From Candidatus Aminicenantes bacterium (GTDB taxonomy: Bacteria; Acidobacteriota; Aminicenantia; Aminicenantales; Saccharicenantaceae), in NCBI GenBank assembly GCA_963809345.1, contig CAWEJF010000005.1:12118-76117 (forward strand): a DNA stretch of 64,000 bases, written 5' to 3'. A model generated the notes under the pieces. The model was not told the origin of the DNA. It worked only from the letters and a program-made list of their open reading frames with translations, and did no database searches. The stretch's first letter is position 1. Each line of letters opens with the position of its first letter. This document shows positions 60,897 through 64,000 of the stretch, piece by piece. The position numbers and the translations under genes were made by a program.

Positions 60897-62264
60897 TCAG
60901 TTCCGGATCCCGTACTTGGCCAGCTTGTTGTAGAGCGTCGTCCGCGAGATCGACAGGATCTTGGCCGTCTGGCGCAAATTCCCCTTGGTGACTTTGAGAA
61001 GATAGGTGATGTAGTCCTTTTCGAGGTCGCTGAGGGACGACAGGTGGCCGCCGCCGGCGAAGGCGATCGCGCCCTGGGGCGGGACGTAATCGCGGAGGTA
61101 CTTGGGCAGGTTGGCGACGTCGATGAAGTCCTTCTTGCAGAGCATGGCGGCGCTTTCGAGAACGTTGGCCAGCTCCCGGATGTTGCCCGGCCAGCCGTAC
61201 TTGAGGAAGAGCTTCTGGACTTCGCGCGACACGCCCCTGACGTTCTTGGAGAAGCTCCGGTTCGCGCCCTGGAGGAAGTGGCGGACGAGGAGGGGGATGT
61301 CCTCGAGCCGCTCGCGAAGCGGGGGCAGGTCGATGACGACCTTGTTCAGCCGGTGGAAGAGGTCCTCGCGGAACGTGCCCGCCCGGACCCTCTCGGCGAG
61401 GTCCCTGTTCGTGGCGGCGAGGACCCGGACCTCGACCCCTGTGCTCTCGTTGGCCCCCAGGGGCCGGAACTCATGGCTCTCGAGGACCCGAAGGAGCTTG
61501 GCCTGCACGGCCACGGGGATCTCGGCGATCTCGTCGAGGAAGATCGTCCCGCCATCGGCCTCCTCGAACAGGCCGGGCTTGTCCTTGTCGGCCCCGGTGA
61601 AGGCCCCTTTCTTGTAGCCGAAGAGCTCGGACTCGAAGAGGTTCTCCGGAATGGAGGCGCAATCGCAGACCGTGAGCGGGATGTCCTTGGCCGGGCTCAG
61701 GGCGTGGATGGCCCGGGCGGCGAGCTCCTTGCCCGTTCCGGTCTCGCCGGTGATGAGGACGCTCGAGAAGTATTTGGCGATGTTCTCGATGAGGCCGAAG
61801 ATCTCGAGCATGGTGGGGTTGCGGCTGATCAGGCCCTCGAAGACGTACTTCCGCTCCAGCTTCTTCTCGAGATGCAGGGTCTCCCGGCGGAGCTCGCGCT
61901 TGCGTGAGATGCGGCGCAGGATGTCCCCGAGGATGTCGCGCTCGTAGGGTTTGGGCACGAAGTCCGTGGCCCCGGCGCCGATGATATCGAGGGCCGCCTC
62001 GCGGCCGACGGGGCTGCCGCCGACGAGAACATCGACGAGGGCGTCGGACTTCTTGATCTTCTTCATGATCACAAGCCCGGCGGCGAGGGCGTCGCCCGAA
62101 TCGACAAGGACGACCCGGATGCCGTGCTCGCGGATGACGTCGAGGAAATTGTCTTCCGTCTGGGAGAAAAAGACGTTGAAATCGGCGGCCACAGGGGCCT
62201 TCTTGACGGTCTCGTAAAGAGAGAAATCGTCGGAGATGATCAGCAGGTTGGTTTGCGCGTCCAT
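60897..62264 (-). CDS. sigma54-dependent response regulator (NtrC family enhancer-binding protein)
   Basis: 455 aa. Receiver domain (LLIISDD..VVLVDSG..FVPKP). AAA+ domain with GETGTGKELAARAIH, GAFTGA and ESELFGY motifs. C-terminal Fis-type HTH. Confidence 0.9.
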   Translation of the reverse strand: MDAQTNLLIISDDFSLYETVKKAPVAADFNVFFSQTEDNFLDVIREHGIRVVLVDSGDALAAGLVIMKKIKKSDALVDVLVGGSPVGREAALDIIGAGATDFVPKPYERDILGDILRRISRKRELRRETLHLEKKLERKYVFEGLISRNPTMLEIFGLIENIAKYFSSVLITGETGTGKELAARAIHALSPAKDIPLTVCDCASIPENLFESELFGYKKGAFTGADKDKPGLFEEADGGTIFLDEIAEIPVAVQAKLLRVLESHEFRPLGANESTGVEVRVLAATNRDLAERVRAGTFREDLFHRLNKVVIDLPPLRERLEDIPLLVRHFLQGANRSFSKNVRGVSREVQKLFLKYGWPGNIRELANVLESAAMLCKKDFIDVANLPKYLRDYVPPQGAIAFAGGGHLSSLSDLEKDYITYLLKVTKGNLRQTAKILSISRTTLYNKLAKYGIRN

Positions 62265-62318
62265 CGCTCCCCGCCCTTTTCCCTCGGCGGCGCCGTTATC
62301 TTATCAAGTCTCCAAGAT

Positions 62319-62358
62319 GGGGTCAAACCTAAACTTTTATGCTTTTAGGTTTGACCCC
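62319..62358 (-). terminator. 15-bp perfect stem-loop overlapping the M14 gene stop (possible terminator, no U-tract)
   Basis: GGGGTCAAACCTAAA (62319-62333), 10-nt loop, TTTAGGTTTGACCCC (62344-62358). The stop codon is at 62345-62347. The reverse-strand downstream sequence is not T-rich. Confidence 0.45.
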
Positions 62359-64000
62359 TTCCGGGGCGGCCCCGGACCAGGGTGAGGCGGGTCCGGTCGC
62401 GGACCTCCTCCTCGATCCGGACGACGGGGTACTCCGCCTGGGTGAGGTATTTGACGTGGGCGCGAAGATAGGCCAGGCCCTGGCCGCAGAGGAACTCGAG
62501 CCAATTCCCGGTCGCCGTCTCGTCCATGAGCTCGGGCGTCTGCTCGCTGAAGGTCGTCTGCGCGCGCGGCGACATGCGGTTTTCGGTCGGGCCCCTGCGT
62601 TTGGCGAAGATGGCGACGCCGTCGGTGAGCTCGAGGGCGTTCATGTGCGGCGCCCAGCGGGAGGCCCATCGCTCATAGCGGTCGTAGAAGCCGCGGTTCG
62701 AAGCGGCGATGACGGGGTCGGCGTCGAGCTCGGCGGCAATGAGCTTCCTTAGCGCCGCTCCCGCCTGCCTGTGCTCCTCATAGATCGGCAGGCTGAGGGA
62801 CTTGAAATACGTGAACCAGCCCTTCGGGATCCAATAGTCCCGGAAGAGATAGGGCGTGTAGTTCGAGAACGGCTGGACCCATTCGTGGGAGGGATAGCCG
62901 TGGAGGTTGAGGAGAATGTCCGGCGACCATCGGTCGGTGAGCCGGGCGCGCACAGCGGCCTCGGGGAGGAGGGGCTTCGACCCTGTCTGGTAGCCCATGT
63001 CCACGCCGAGAGCGCCGTAGCGTCCCGCATGGAGGCTGTGGAAGGGCTCGTTCTTCTGCATCGCGTAAGCGAGCTCGGCCCCATCGGGGTTCTCGAGCGG
63101 CTCGAAGACGAAGCTCATCTTCTTGAGCGCCTCCCGGGTCACGGCGTCGCGGGCCAGGAGCTCGGCGAAGCGGAGAAGGTAGCTCGTCGACGACACTTCG
63201 TTGGCGTGCTGGCGGGCGACGGCCTGGAGGGTCGGCTTGAAGGTGACGAGCCGTGGCAGGGAGACATATCTCTCGATGGGCAGGAAGAGCTCCAGGACCG
63301 GGACGTCGCGGCCTTCGTACGACCGGCCGCCGACATAGCCCCTGACTCCGGTCAGGGCGGAGAGGCGCCGGACGATGTCCCCGGCCATGTCGGGGGAGAT
63401 GATGTCGCGGGTCGTCACGATCCTCTCGTCGGGGCGCGGGGGGCTGTCCCCGCGCGCGGACTGCCCCTCCTGGCTCGAAGCGCCGGGGGCGTGGGTGGGT
63501 CCGTCGACGGCGACGACGGGAAGCCGTTCGTCCTTTTCCTGCGTTTGATAGCGCGGCCGGAGCGTGACGGCGTCGAGCTCGGGGAAGCGGAAGGGTTCGG
63601 TGACGAGTCCTGCCTCGGAAAGCTTTCGCCAAGTCTCGGCGATCTCTATGAGGGCCAGGTAGTCGGCCTCCTTCTCCCAGTCGGACTCGAAGACGACGTT
63701 TGACACGCGGCCCGCCCGGCCGTCAAAGACGAGCTCAGCCGCCCGCGTCTCCTTGGCCTTGAGGGTCTGGAAGACGATCTTGCGGCTGACGCTTTCGCGG
63801 CCCTTCTCTTTCCAGCCGAAGACGATCTGAGGGGCCGGGGCCGGCCAATCCTCGAGGACGACGCGGACCCTGGCCGGACCGCCCTCGAGCGAAGGGTGGA
63901 GGGACGGAAAGACGTTGCCGGGGGCCGAGGACCGGGAGGTGTCGGCCGCCGTATCCTTGTCCTCCGGGTCGAAGCGGGTGATGCCCCGAAGCAGGTCGAG
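62345..64000 (-). CDS. M14 (carboxypeptidase-like) domain protein; 5' end beyond the window
   Basis: ORF track 62345..63706 begins at an internal GTG. I checked the same frame triplet by triplet from 63707 to 64000 and found no stop, so the gene runs off the window. QHANEVSST, EPLENPDG and LNLHGYPSHEW resemble M14 zinc-ligand contexts. Confidence 0.7.
   Translation of the reverse strand, partial: LDLLRGITRFDPEDKDTAADTSRSSAPGNVFPSLHPSLEGGPARVRVVLEDWPAPAPQIVFGWKEKGRESVSRKIVFQTLKAKETRAAELVFDGRAGRVSNVVFESDWEKEADYLALIEIAETWRKLSEAGLVTEPFRFPELDAVTLRPRYQTQEKDERLPVVAVDGPTHAPGASSQEGQSARGDSPPRPDERIVTTRDIISPDMAGDIVRRLSALTGVRGYVGGRSYEGRDVPVLELFLPIERYVSLPRLVTFKPTLQAVARQHANEVSSTSYLLRFAELLARDAVTREALKKMSFVFEPLENPDGAELAYAMQKNEPFHSLHAGRYGALGVDMGYQTGSKPLLPEAAVRARLTDRWSPDILLNLHGYPSHEWVQPFSNYTPYLFRDYWIPKGWFTYFKSLSLPIYEEHRQAGAALRKLIAAELDADPVIAASNRGFYDRYERWASRWAPHMNALELTDGVAIFAKRRGPTENRMSPRAQTTFSEQTPELMDETATGNWLEFLCGQGLAYLRAHVKYLTQAEYPVVRIEEEVRDRTRLTLVRGRPGRGQT

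Noticed and set aside
60897-62264. Considered whether the NtrC-type regulator forms a two-component system with a neighbouring kinase or controls the adjacent diguanylate cyclase
   Set aside because: No histidine kinase is adjacent. The cyclase is convergent and has a sigma70-like promoter. No -24/-12 element was found near either neighbour. The regulator is simply an orphan within this window.

Overview
GC-rich (about two-thirds G+C by eye) chromosomal segment from a diderm bacterium: BamA, Skp, LolCE/LolD and FabZ are all present. The lineage cannot be fixed from sequence alone. The gene content (DUF5916, DUF885, DUF362, S55, many secreted peptidases) looks like an Acidobacteriota/Aminicenantes-type metagenome bin, but that is only a guess. 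I support about 57 protein genes, 2 pseudogene remnants and one tRNA-Lys(CUU).

Gene content falls into three groups:
- Housekeeping: efp, rpoZ, ribH-nusB-lysS, fabH, fabZ, plsC, tatD, yajQ, rluB, rbsK, AlaX, and a short RNase HIII-like gene.
- Envelope biogenesis: lolCE-lolD, bamA-skp-fabZ.
- Secreted or lipoprotein peptidases, unusually many: 2x M16, S8, M6, S55, M48, M14.

The long ORFs antisense to these genes are GC-driven artefacts.

Features that simple gene calling does not explain:
1. A family of structured, GC-rich, MITE-like intergenic repeats. The clearest copy is 186 bp at 15399-15584, with 25-bp imperfect terminal inverted repeats and a perfect 10-bp target-site duplication. Two related copies lie at about 36975-37240 and 41840-42060 and share a block of roughly 95 bp at about 80% identity. 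A possible fragment lies at about 44615-44690.
2. A roughly 1-kb lower-GC remnant just downstream of tRNA-Lys. It carries a DUF2892-like gene and the first ~125 codons of a His-rich P1B-type metal ATPase.
3. A strongly AT-rich stretch of about 200 bp (within the 345-bp intergenic region 58094-58438) with a near-consensus extended -10 promoter, in front of a large multi-sensor diguanylate cyclase.
4. A 17-nt motif shared by two stem-loops 17 kb apart.

Gene pairs that could be uncharacterised systems, none proven:
- A half-size PurL-like protein next to a diverged PurM-like protein.
- A MinD/ParA-type ATPase translationally coupled to a J-domain protein lacking HPD.
- An ATP-grasp enzyme coupled to a GspG-C-domain protein without a prepilin leader.
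- A serine-palmitoyltransferase-like alpha-oxoamine synthase divergent from an SDR and fabH.
- An S55 (SpoIVB-like) peptidase followed by a secreted beta-propeller protein.

I saw no CRISPR array, rRNA, integrase, transposase or recognisable defence system. All family assignments come from motifs read by eye and recalled from memory. No database search or computation was run.
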